Source: Cyanidioschyzon merolae (taxonomy: Eukaryota). Taken from it: a stretch of DNA of 64,000 nt. Under the pieces are notes generated by a model. It was not told where the DNA came from. It made no database searches and worked only from the letters and a program-made list of their open reading frames with translations. Location: NCBI GenBank assembly GCA_000091205.1, contig AP006497.2; one strand, written 5' to 3'. Both the position numbers and the translations under genes were made by a program. How positions within the stretch are numbered: the first letter of the stretch is position 1; each line of letters begins with the position of its first letter. This document shows, piece by piece, positions 52,246 to 62,525 of this stretch.

Positions 52246-52924
52246 GACTCGAGCGCGGACTCGCGGTAAACACGCGATGTGCTCAGGATACGTCCGAGAG
52301 CGCCCGAATGTTTTCGTCGGTGGACAATATCGGGGACCTTGGTGGATGGAAACGGGTGCATTGACAAATCGAGCTACACGTATCGCCGCGGCATCGATTC
52401 TGAATCGTTTGGGCTGCACTGCGGCCATCGGGTCGTTACGTTGTGCGAAATACCGGTGTGTATGGCGTCGATGACGGACTACCGCGTCGCTTAGGGCGTA
52501 TTCGAAGACGGTCTGTTCTGATGCGCCACTGGCATCCGGTCTTGCGGTGTCGTTCCAGCGGGAGCACTTCGAGCGCCATCTAGCGTTTCACGCGAGCTGC
52601 ACCGCATGCTTCCTCATCCTATCGTCCATGCAGCGTTTACGCATTCTTCCGAAACTGTTGCTGCTGCGCTGCTGAATGCCATTTTCGTGAGACGACGCTG
52701 TGGGTATCGCGCACCGCTCCACCCGTGTCGGATGAAAATGGAAGCCTGAACTGCTGGCGCCTTGCCTGCTTATCGGTTTTTTCCCGATTGCACATAGATC
52801 TACAACCTTGACGTTCGATATGCAGCAATCAGGGTATACGATTGCATTTGTAGTTTGAGGATTCTCGGTCGTTTTTTTTCGGAGACGCTCCTTCGACGCT
52901 TTGCCGCTGCCGTTGGTGACGTCG

Positions 52925-53290
52925 TCGCCATCACGATGATTCTCGACGCGTTCGAACGAGACTTTTTAAATTCAATGACGTCTTTGTCGAATTCATATGT
53001 GCAAGCCTCGACTTGTCTCGTTTTCTCGCGCATGCGATAATCAAATCAAACATGCTATCAGTTTTCGATTCTTCTGTTCCTGTGCAACTCATGGGTGCAG
53101 CAATTCGCGCCGATGAACTGACGACGAAGAAAAAGTCGACGCTGTCCCATGGTCACTTGTTCACAAGCTCTTGCCAACGGTTCACTGAAGTGTTCATGTC
53201 AAAAAATCGATTCCGTTTGAAAGAAAAATCCTCTTCTCAATGTAACCATTGACGGAGCTGCGTTCAACATCCATAGGATATCTCTAACGG
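52925..53290 (-). repeat. Dispersed repeat family L, copy 2, in inverted orientation.
   Basis: The reverse complement aligns block by block with copies 1 and 3 (see 36421-36780). Confidence 0.7.
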
Positions 53291-53525
53291 GATTCGCAGG
53301 TAAAGAATCCGGTCCTTCGGACTTGTATGTAAGCTGGTGCAGAACATGAGTCATCGCGGTGATCGCTTGCAGTCGAGTGTGCATCATCGCTTTTGAGCGA
53401 AGGGTGCGCCAACGGATCGAAAGTCCTCGACGTGTTCCCCAGCCGTGAATTGCAGTTCGGTACTAGATTCATCACGATTCACATCGTGCGCCATGCATGC
53501 TTTACCGAATGGCATAGCGTTCTGT

Positions 53526-54467
53526 TTACACATGCAACCTGAAGAGCATGCGCAGAGCGCGCTCGCCCAGGAGCAGCACGTCATTGCAGGAGACGGCTCT
53601 GGGCATGGAAACGGAGCAAGGCATGGTAGGGAGCCCTCTGGATCCGTCAAGGGCATGTAACGAGCGATGAAGCGAGCCTTGACGTGCTGCAGGACGGCGC
53701 TCGAAAGATGAAGAGGTGTGTTGGATACATAAGTGCACTTGACAGCATGCACATGTTACCGCTTTGAAGCGCGCACCGGGCTCTACACAAAAGGAAACGA
53801 AAACGACAAGCGAAGCGTAACGCAACTTTCGTCTGTGTATAAAATGCGCCGTTGACAGCAACCGGAATCGGGGAAAGCGGAGCTTGAACGCCTCCAGCAA
53901 CATGCTTCGACTGCTGACAACGGAGCTTGAGGAAAACCCGAAACCAATGTATTCAGACCTTGATCTATGAGAGCACGAAAAGGAAGCACTCACAGCACAG
54001 TCCCGCAACATCTGGTTTTGATGACAGCCGCAAGAGCCCTCGACTTGCGTGCATACGCCCGAGATCGCCGCGTGCACCTCTTCCAAGTTCACGCTGACAC
54101 AGGCGTCGTCTAGGTGCTCGAGGACGGCATTGCTCTGCCCGCAAGCCGCATGCCCATGCAGTGCATACAAGCTCTTCCAAATCGTCACCTGTACGTAAAA
54201 ACAATACCAGCATTTCTCTATGGAGATTACGGTCACTATCGTTTCCGAGGCAAGTGCGTTGTCTCCATCTGCAGGAACGCTGGGGGCGCTCCCTTCTGGC
54301 TGCTCGATCGCTCGCCTCGCCCGGTGCGGGAAACTTATACCGGCCGCTTTGGCAACCAGCGGCGCGAGCGCAGCCCAACGTCGCCGCTGGCGTTGCGCTT
54401 GCTGCTGGTCAGGCCTGGAACTACTTCCAGGCAGCGGCACGAACCTCCGGGCGCCTGCAGAAGACAC
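53526..54467 (-). CDS. Hypothetical ORF, 313 aa, low complexity.
   Basis: ORF only. Overlapped by + strand ORFs. Confidence 0.2.
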   Translation of the reverse strand: MSSAGARRFVPLPGSSSRPDQQQAQRQRRRWAALAPLVAKAAGISFPHRARRAIEQPEGSAPSVPADGDNALASETIVTVISIEKCWYCFYVQVTIWKSLYALHGHAACGQSNAVLEHLDDACVSVNLEEVHAAISGVCTQVEGSCGCHQNQMLRDCAVSASFSCSHRSRSEYIGFGFSSSSVVSSRSMLLEAFKLRFPRFRLLSTAHFIHRRKLRYASLVVFVSFCVEPGARFKAVTCACCQVHLCIQHTSSSFERRPAARQGSLHRSLHALDGSRGLPTMPCSVSMPRAVSCNDVLLLGERALRMLFRLHV

Positions 54468-54687
54468 GCATCACTATCGTTCGTCTTCGTAAGTCTTTTA
54501 TTGGATATAAAGGCATCAGATCAGGCGTGCGCAGGTGATTACTGTACATAACGGCCATATGTGATGCTGGTGCGCGCACGCGTTTTTCCAGCAGCGCTCC
54601 TTCGCCGCCGTTTGACGATACCGGCCGCTGACGGGCGCGACACGTGTCCACAAGCGCTCAGGGAGCGCGTGTCCATACGACCTGGCG

Positions 54688-55797
54688 GTGCCGATTTACA
54701 GGGCGCGCGTTCATGCTGCGGCAGGTGAGAGCGCTTTAGAACAATCCTCGTGTGCTGCGTCCGAGGTCCTGCGTTCGAGTCGTGGACAGCGTGCGTCAAT
54801 GACAGAGTGCTACACACTAACACGGCGCGTAGTCCGTGCACACAACCATGAAAACGACGCCTGGGTGATCGTTCGTGGTGGTGTCTATGACGTGACGGGG
54901 TTCTTGCGGTACCACCCGGGCGGGCGGGACGTCCTCTTGAAGCGTTTGGGCGAGGACGTCACCAGTGTTATGAACGGCGAGCTCAAAGGTGGTCACGAGC
55001 ACTCCAGTGCGGCGTATAAAATTCTGCAGCAGTACTACGTAGGCCCGCTGGCTGACGCGGACGCTTCTCCCGCAGAGGCAGCCGCCCTAGACGGCACGCT
55101 GGACGAGCACGGTAGACCGCTGGTCGACTTTAGTAAGCCGCTTCTGGACCAGGTTGGTAAGCTTGGGGATAAGTATCACCGCTGGGTGCATTCTTTTCCG
55201 ACCAGCGACCATCATGTGGCCCTTTTCGCGAACCCGACGCTCGAGTCACTGACAAAGTGTCCCTGGTACGTGCCGCTAGTGTTCTGGATTCCGATCTTTG
55301 TCTGCGGGCTGTGGTTTGTGTTTGCGCGCCTCGGTTGCTCGTTTGTTCGAGATTTCCTACCGTTCACGACGTTTGGCTATATATTTTGGATGTTCTTCGA
55401 ATATCTGTTACATCGATATGTATTTCACGTGCGGACCGGGACGTACTGGTCGAATATCTTTCATTTTCTTATTCATGGACATCACCACCTGGCGCCGATG
55501 GATTATGATCGACTCGTGTTTCCACCGATTCCCGCAGCGCTCGTCTCGATGCCGGTATGGCTGACTGCACCTCGAGTGTTTGGTCTCGTGCGCGGACTGT
55601 GCTTCCTTTTTGGATTCGGTGTTGGGTACCTTCAGTACGACATGACACACTTTCTGGTGCATTATGGAACGCTACGTACGGGGTTCTTAGCCGCTCAGAA
55701 ACGGCGGCACATGATACACCATTTCAAAGCACCAGGGGCGAATTTTGGTATCAGTGTTCCCGTGCTGGACATTGTGTTCGGGACATTGCACCGGTAA
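54688..55797 (+). CDS. FA2H: Fatty acid 2-hydroxylase (FA2H/Scs7-type): N-terminal cytochrome b5 fused to a di-iron fatty-acid hydroxylase.
   Basis: Cyt-b5 HPGG motif (VYDVTGFLRYHPGGRDVL). Four His boxes (HRYVFH, HGHHH, HYGTL.../HMIHHFK) in a 4-TM hydroxylase domain. The first ATG is 54799 (the track start is GTG). Confidence 0.85.
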   Translation: MPIYRARVHAAAGESALEQSSCAASEVLRSSRGQRASMTECYTLTRRVVRAHNHENDAWVIVRGGVYDVTGFLRYHPGGRDVLLKRLGEDVTSVMNGELKGGHEHSSAAYKILQQYYVGPLADADASPAEAAALDGTLDEHGRPLVDFSKPLLDQVGKLGDKYHRWVHSFPTSDHHVALFANPTLESLTKCPWYVPLVFWIPIFVCGLWFVFARLGCSFVRDFLPFTTFGYIFWMFFEYLLHRYVFHVRTGTYWSNIFHFLIHGHHHLAPMDYDRLVFPPIPAALVSMPVWLTAPRVFGLVRGLCFLFGFGVGYLQYDMTHFLVHYGTLRTGFLAAQKRRHMIHHFKAPGANFGISVPVLDIVFGTLHR

Positions 55798-57915
55798 CAA
55801 CCACTGGTTTTCGCACACGCCTGCATGGACGAGCATGCCAACGAGAAGTGCGGTATTTCTGGACGGCGCGTCGAGCGCAGCGTGATGGATACCCACGGGC
55901 GGCTTGCGATGCTCGTATGGAGTCAAGCGTGCCTTGAAAGAGAGGTGTTTTTCTGGTTTGCTTGGTAACATCCATACGAAAACAAATTCATGATACAAAC
56001 GCACCTGAGTGTTAGATAGCTGATGAGCTGCTAGCAGACTGCTTTTGTATTCTTGCGAGCTGCGTTCCGCGCGGGCCCGTGCACCTGCACAGTAATTAGC
56101 CTCTCCTATGGGCGTGTGGTCCCCGCTCCACGTGCGACATACAGCCTGCGCGCTTTGGGCATTGCGGTTGCGGGTATCAGTTTGCTTGGTGGTGCCTGTC
56201 CGGAGACTTGCTTCTCGGGTATGGTGAGGTAACGCAGGTTTTCACCTGCTTCTGCCGCCGCTGTCGCACACCAAGGATGGACGCTACAATCACATCTTTG
56301 TAAAAGATTTGCTGTGCCCGATCACCGCGGACCTCGTTGACATGGTGCTTTGGAGTAATGACAGAGGAATCCACGCTGTTGTGGACGCCGGGTTCTGCAG
56401 CCCCTCCGAGCGCCTGCTGTTGGCCGGTCGCTGGAACGAACGCGCAGAAGCCGCTAGCCTTGGCGGGCCCATAGTTGGACAGCTTCTTGTCAGTCGATTC
56501 GTCGCTAAAGATGCCAGCATTCTCGAGTACGCGAGAACCTCGCATCGATATCCATGGGCGTTTATTACCGGCGACGATTCTGCTGAACAGGGCTGGTGGG
56601 ACTTGTTCCATGTCCCAGTATCGTACCACCAAACAGTTGAATTTCTCCTCGTACTGCTGTTCATGTGCAGATACAGCTCATTGACTCGGATGATCCAAGC
56701 AGATGTGCACCCGCGCGAGCACCTCGTGGAGTGGAAGAATAGGGGAAACCCCCAGCACATGTGCTCGCGACCCTATGTAAACCCGAGGGATGGGTGCAGC
56801 GATCGACGCTCTTCACCAGCGCCGAACGCTCCCTTGAACCTAGGATAAATACACAGCGGTGTTCAGAAGAGACTGGATCTGGGTTCTAGTGATTGATAGC
56901 GTCTCCGCACGCGTTCCATGCCAGCTCGTTTCCTCGGTGCGGTACGTGGAGAGAAGATCGCCACGATCGCTTGCAGTGGTGGTATCGGCGGCGCGCCTGC
57001 GGATAGACTCGGGTGAGGTCGCTGCGAAAAGCTCGAAAAGTCGCGCGTTGCTACCCGGCCCGTTGCCGCAATCCCGTACCGTGGTGTGAGACGTCGTCTA
57101 GACTCGTGTCAGAATCAAATGGAAGAGGTCCTTTTTTCGCGAAAACTAAGGTGTGCACGCTAAAATTTTGGTCTCTTTCCATTGTCATGAACAGAAGTCT
57201 TGTTGGCTTTTTCTGCAACTGCTTGCTGTTCCCCTCTCTGCTCCGTGGCTCTGAATACACCGCGATCTGCTCTGCCTTCAGCTCCGTTGTACGTTGTCGA
57301 AGGATATTGCTCGAAACGATCATGTCCCGATATCGCCATGTTCAGCTGTTGTCGACGCTTTACACACATAGAGAAATGTTACGATCCTCGCATTGCTTTC
57401 CATTTTCAATTTTGGTTGTATAGGGCACCGGTATGCGCTTCGCGGCGGTCGCATTTGGCCGTGGCCAGGTGCTCCCGGATGTTCAAGGATCCTCCTACTC
57501 CGCCTCCGAGCGCAGCCCCGTAACGCGTGAACTCTTGCATCAGCGCTCGGTACTTGTCACGGAGAGGAAAAGAAGGCCTCCGGCGATTTGCCCCTCAAGT
57601 GCGGCGCCCGGTGCCATAAACCACGTTCATGAGCGTATCCTAGTCGAACTCTTCGACGGGTACTCTGTCCGGTGCACTTGCAAGCGCACGTTATTCGCTT
57701 CGATGGAGCATTTGCGCATCGCGATCTTGTCGCTGGCGAAACAAACACCCGCAGGAAAATCCAGACATGAGCAGGACCCGAGCTGTTTCGATCGTTCAAT
57801 GCTCGCTTGATGCAAAGCGGTGTCGCACGCGCAGCTGGAAGCAGCTTCCGTGATGACTGGAGTCCGAGTTCATAATGCATTCCCATGAAAGCAGAACAGA
57901 TAAAAGCTTCTGGAG

Positions 57916-58265
57916 GCATGTCCCGTCAGCGATATTCTGCTGCTTCTAAGTTCGGTTTCGTAGAAAGCCAAAAAGACAGGAAGAAATATCTTTCAAACGG
58001 AATCGATGATTGAGCATGAAAAGTTTCACGAACATGCGGCATGAGCTTGAGAACAGGTAGTCAAGACCGATGTAGAGGTTTTTTGCTTTGCAAGCCCAGC
58101 GACCCCAATTGCTGCGCCCACAAACTGCCTCGAAACAGACAGGTCGAATACTTGGAAGATTCATGATTCGAGCATGCTCCACACAACGAAAGGAGAAGAG
58201 CGGATTCTCGCACATTTGAACTGGATCATGATTTCTTTGATTTTACGAACCCTAGTTCTCGGATA
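57916..58265 (+). repeat. Dispersed repeat family L, copy 3.
   Basis: Aligns block by block with copy 1. It lies about 230 bp upstream of minisatellite D. Confidence 0.75.
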
Positions 58266-58491
58266 TCGCGACTCTTGTTGGTTCTGGTGACGTTCCGTTC
58301 TCCTGTACCAATGCATCGAAACAGGCACTCCGCGAACACGACAGAGAATACTAGGGAACTACGTATCAGTGCATAGGTCCTCATCATTACATGATGGAAG
58401 TCCAGGATGTCCTTCTATAAAGCTATGAAAACATTCTACTTGCAACAAAGAACACCCTGCTCCGTGTTCCATTTTAAACTGGCACAGTAGG

Positions 58492-58728
58492 AATACTAGC
58501 AAGCAATGGGATGCTTCTCGGCACCTTATAGCGCACCCGAGTACCTCACCTGCCATGATCCAGTCACCGCAATACTAGCAAGCAATAGGATGCTTCTCGG
58601 CACCTTATAGCGCACCCGAGTACCTCACCTGCCATGATCCAGTCACCGCAATACTAGCAAGCAATAGGATGCTTCTCGGCACCTTATAGCGCACCCGAGT
58701 ACCTCACCTGCCATGATCCAGTCACCGC
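58492..58728. repeat. Tandem minisatellite D: 79-bp unit, 3 copies.
   Basis: Unit aatactagcaagcaat(g/a)ggatgcttctcggcaccttatagcgcacccgagtacctcacctgccatgatccagtcaccgc at 58492, 58571 and 58650. It lies about 120 bp 5' of the MYSM1-like ORF and is followed by (GC)10. Confidence 0.95.
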
Positions 58729-58768
58729 AACAGCGTCGTCGCTGCCCTGCGCGATGCTGCACCAAAGA

Positions 58769-58788
58769 GCGCGCGCGCGCGCGCGCGC
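58769..58788. repeat. (GC)10 alternating tract, a potential Z-DNA former, about 55 bp upstream of the MYSM1-like ORF.
   Basis: gcgcgcgcgcgcgcgcgcgc. Confidence 0.95.
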
Positions 58789-58845
58789 GGATCGCCTTAC
58801 TACTGCGCGCTCGCTTTTACCTAGACCCAAGGCGAAACTAGTGAG

Positions 58846-60789
58846 GTGTTCGCTGGGAGGCGAGATCGCCTTATGGTGCAGGACCCGGTAGTCGGATCTG
58901 AGACTGAAAATGATGCGCTTCTAGCGCAGCTGCTTTCGGCGGAGGAAGAGACGGCAGATGCGTTATACTACGCGAACGGCAACGACTGGATAGATGCGTT
59001 CTCGTGGGCGAGTCCCGAAGGTCTGGAGGCAGAGCGCAGCCAGCGCAAGGGACGGCACAAACGGAACGGCAGGCGGCGGAGGTTCAGTAACATTGACGAA
59101 TACGATGAAGATGGTGAAGACGACGACGATGAGGACTGGATTGAAACGGTAAAGAACCGGAGACCGCGCTCGACAGCAGTAGGTCGGAGGCCGACGGCTA
59201 GCGCGCCAACTGCCGGCGCGCAGCCTGTCTCCAGTGAGCGAGAGCGAGGCGACAGCCGCGACAATAGTGTCGGCCGCGACAGGAACCCTTCAGAGGATAG
59301 CCCGGAACGGGGTCGGAAGCGCCCCACGGCCTGGAGTCCCGAGGAAGAGCAGCGTTTTCTCGAGGCCCTCGAGCTCTACGGACGCGACTGGCGACGAGCG
59401 GCGGCGCACGTCGGAACCCGGAGTGCGAGCAACTTCCGCTCACACGCGCAAAAGTATTTCATTAAGCTGTACAAGGAAGGGCGGCCTGTGCCGCCCAAAG
59501 TTGCTGAAACTGGTGCGGGTCACACGTTGAGTGGAAAACCTTTGGATCCAAATAGTGCAGCAGCGCGTGCATACTTACAGGGCAGTGTCTACCGCAAAGA
59601 GCTACGTAGCCGCCACAAGTCGAGCGGTGCCGCAGAGAGCCCGGCAGGGTCAGAGGAACCCGACTTGAGCACACCAAAAACGAAGCATGCGTCACCAGAG
59701 GCATCCGTCGCTGCACCAACCTCAGATATTCATGAAGATGAAATTTTCCAGCAGATGCAGCTCGACGCACAGCTGCAGGCTGAGGAAGCGAGCGCTCCCT
59801 ACGACGAGTACGCCAAAGAGAATGCCCATCAGGATCCAGAGTATACGGTAAGGGCACCCTCGATGCCGGGACCTGCGGCTGCTGCGGAGCCTCCGGAGTA
59901 CGCGAAGCGGAGACCGAAGCGATCGACCGCGGGGCGACGGAGCATTCGTTCACTCTACAACATCGCGTCCGCTGATGATGAGCTGCGGTTTGTGAGCTGC
60001 CTATCGTACGAGCCCGACGCCCAGCCATTTCGAATCGTTGTTCAGCCTCGCGCCTTGTTCATGATGGACCTGCATGCGCATCTCGATCTACGAGAAGTCA
60101 TCGGCTTTCTGGGCGGCCGCTACGACACCACACGCAAACAACTCGAGATCATTGACGCGTTCGCCTGTCGAGCTGCCCAAGGGCGGGCCGGTCACCTAGA
60201 CGTGGAGCTGGACCCGGAGTCAGCGGTAGAGGCGCGGAACACCATCGAGGTATCCGGTCTCGCCGTTGTTGCCTGGTATCACTCCCACCCGACATTTCCT
60301 CCTGAGCCATCCGTTCGTGACTTGGATAATCAACGAAATTACCAGAAACAATTTGAAAGCGAGGGAGCGCCTTATCCGTTCCTTGCCGCAATCATTAGCC
60401 CGTACGATCCGAACTTGCCGAGTGTGCGGTCTGCGATTCAGTGGTTCCACGTTGGCCTCAGTCCAGCCGAGGATAGCTTTGCTTTCCGTTTACAATGGGA
60501 ACCGGGGCCGGTTCCTCTGCTTGCTCCAGCGGTGTCGTCGCCTGCATCCCATGCGACGTCCGAGAAGCTGTCGGATGAGCTGCAGAAACGAGTTCAGCAG
60601 TTGCTGGACAACCGTTCAGTGAAGCTTGATACAAACTGGAGCCTTCGCAACGGCGAACGCGGTGAGAGATCGACGCTTCGTCGCGGGGAGAAGCTTTTAC
60701 GAAGTCTCCGATCACGGGTATCGGAAACGGACGCCGACGGCCTGGCTCTGTTGGAGGAGCTGAAACCCGCTCTCCTCGCTGCAACCTGA
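58846..60789 (+). CDS. MYSM1-like histone deubiquitinase: SANT/Myb (SHAQKYF-class) domain plus MPN+/JAMM metalloprotease domain.
   Basis: SANT WSPEEEQRFLEALELYGRDWRRAAAHVGTRSASNFRSHAQKYFIKL. JAMM motif VVAWYHSHPTFPPEPSVRDLDNQ (H-S-H-P-x7-P-S-x2-D) with the upstream Glu-containing MPN core. The first ATG is 58873 (the track start is GTG). The N-terminus has an acidic poly-D/E tract. Confidence 0.75.
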   Translation: MFAGRRDRLMVQDPVVGSETENDALLAQLLSAEEETADALYYANGNDWIDAFSWASPEGLEAERSQRKGRHKRNGRRRRFSNIDEYDEDGEDDDDEDWIETVKNRRPRSTAVGRRPTASAPTAGAQPVSSERERGDSRDNSVGRDRNPSEDSPERGRKRPTAWSPEEEQRFLEALELYGRDWRRAAAHVGTRSASNFRSHAQKYFIKLYKEGRPVPPKVAETGAGHTLSGKPLDPNSAAARAYLQGSVYRKELRSRHKSSGAAESPAGSEEPDLSTPKTKHASPEASVAAPTSDIHEDEIFQQMQLDAQLQAEEASAPYDEYAKENAHQDPEYTVRAPSMPGPAAAAEPPEYAKRRPKRSTAGRRSIRSLYNIASADDELRFVSCLSYEPDAQPFRIVVQPRALFMMDLHAHLDLREVIGFLGGRYDTTRKQLEIIDAFACRAAQGRAGHLDVELDPESAVEARNTIEVSGLAVVAWYHSHPTFPPEPSVRDLDNQRNYQKQFESEGAPYPFLAAIISPYDPNLPSVRSAIQWFHVGLSPAEDSFAFRLQWEPGPVPLLAPAVSSPASHATSEKLSDELQKRVQQLLDNRSVKLDTNWSLRNGERGERSTLRRGEKLLRSLRSRVSETDADGLALLEELKPALLAAT

Positions 60790-62259
60790 ACGATATTTCC
60801 ATACCCTACCATGTCCCGTGGCAGAAGTGCGAGTGACGCGTGTGACTGCGATATCCACTGGAGCAGCCCCAGAGACAGGTGTGGGTTCTTTGTGGATGCA
60901 CCTCCACGGATACGTCGATGAACTCTAAAGTGATGCGCTGGCATTCAGGTGCAGTGCGTTCGTGAAAGCGTGGGTTTTCTTTTACGATAAAGCGGTTCCA
61001 TGCTTACAACCCGATACCTGGCTATACCTGCATGCGAATACGATGGGCAGCGATCGCTCTTGTCTTTCTCATGAGCATCAAGTTCGGTTCATGCGATATC
61101 ACTCACACCAGTGTCTATGCGGTATCGAGGCAGCCCATCTGGAACCGCATGAACGCCTGCCCAGCTGAACGCCCGTGATGAAGTATGCGGAAGGTCACGG
61201 GCTCCCCGAACACCTCCTGTGACGTTATGCGAGGTTGAAAGACGCCTTGGCTAGCCACGAGTACGAACCGACGACGTGCGCGCCGTTGAGAGTGCAACGC
61301 TTCGGCGACCGCTGACGCGCGCCCTGGGCACTCGGTCCGCAGCTTGTCTCGGCTACAGTGCCCAGCGAGCGGCACGGTTAGCAGCGTTCAAGTCTATCCA
61401 GACTAGTTGAAGCGTTACGGAGCAACGTTCGGAGGTGCTCGCTCGAGAAACTCCTCCGGAAGCCGTCGGTCGCTAGTGCAAGCGCTATGTCTGACAGAGG
61501 GCATGTGGTCCATGAATGAAGGATACGACGCACTCCCCTCGGCTTGCTTCGGTGCTCTGAGCGTCTAGATGGGCGCTGACGCCATCATTGCATTCGTTGG
61601 TTCGTCTGGGGGCGTCCATAACGAGCACTGGAAAAGTTGAGAACCTGTATCTGCTTTCCGTTGAGGTCTTTGGCTCCGATCTCTTGATTTACAGGTGTGG
61701 TGACAGCCATGATGTCCTTAAACCCAACGTCCATGCCAACGCTAACGTCATTCTCATCATCCATACGGAACAGACGAGCATGAGTTCTGTCGCTTGGCCC
61801 AGGTCTGGGTACCACACACTGCATGCAAATGAATATTTCGTCAGTCACTTCTGTCCGCGTAAAATGCATTCCATTTGCTCCTTGTAAACGAGAAAACTTG
61901 AATGAGCTCTGTCAACGCCCATGGCGAAGCTGCTCGGATGCTTCCTCCTCTCTAGCGGAGACCAGTGGTAGCTCACTGAGGACACCAGCCAGCGCACTGC
62001 ATAAGTTTCTACACTGATACCATGAGCCTTGCTCTGCAAGATGGTGGCCACGTATCGACGTTACGCTTCCAGATGGCGAAGGTATTCGGTTTCGGTGGAC
62101 GGAATCTGCTTTGCTCCCGATGACTCTTTTCGGGGACACCTTGTAGCATGAGGTGCTCCAAAGACAGGCATCACGTTCAAAAGATCGTTGGAGTATCACG
62201 TTCACTGGTCTAATACCCAGACCATCATACTACGCATGGCCAATCTGGAGCGATGCTTG

Positions 62260-62525
62260 CTCTCGTTGCGACATCTCTTCCGAACTCGTAACCTTCTCGA
62301 TCTTTTCCGACACCAGCTCGTCATTTGCCCTTATCGACACACTAGGAATCGGTTCTATCAGTATGGGACTCGGAAACCTCTTTATCTCTACTGATACCAG
62401 CTCGTCATTTGCCCTTATCGACACACTAGGAATCGGTTCTATCAGTATGGGACTCGGAAACTTCTTTATCTCTACTGATACCAGTTCGTCATTTGCCCCT
62501 ATCGACACACACAAGGAATCCTTTC
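62260..62525. repeat. Tandem minisatellite E: 84-bp unit, about 3 copies, with degenerate flanking units.
   Basis: Unit ccagctcgtcatttgcccttatcgacacactaggaatcggttctatcagtatgggactcggaaacctctttatctctactgata at 62313 and 62397, partial at 62481, with a degenerate copy upstream. Confidence 0.9.

Noticed and set aside
37635-62525. Possibility that the tandem arrays are CRISPR arrays.
   Set aside because: Whole units (77-130 bp) are repeated with no unique spacers. The sequence is eukaryotic. There are no cas genes.
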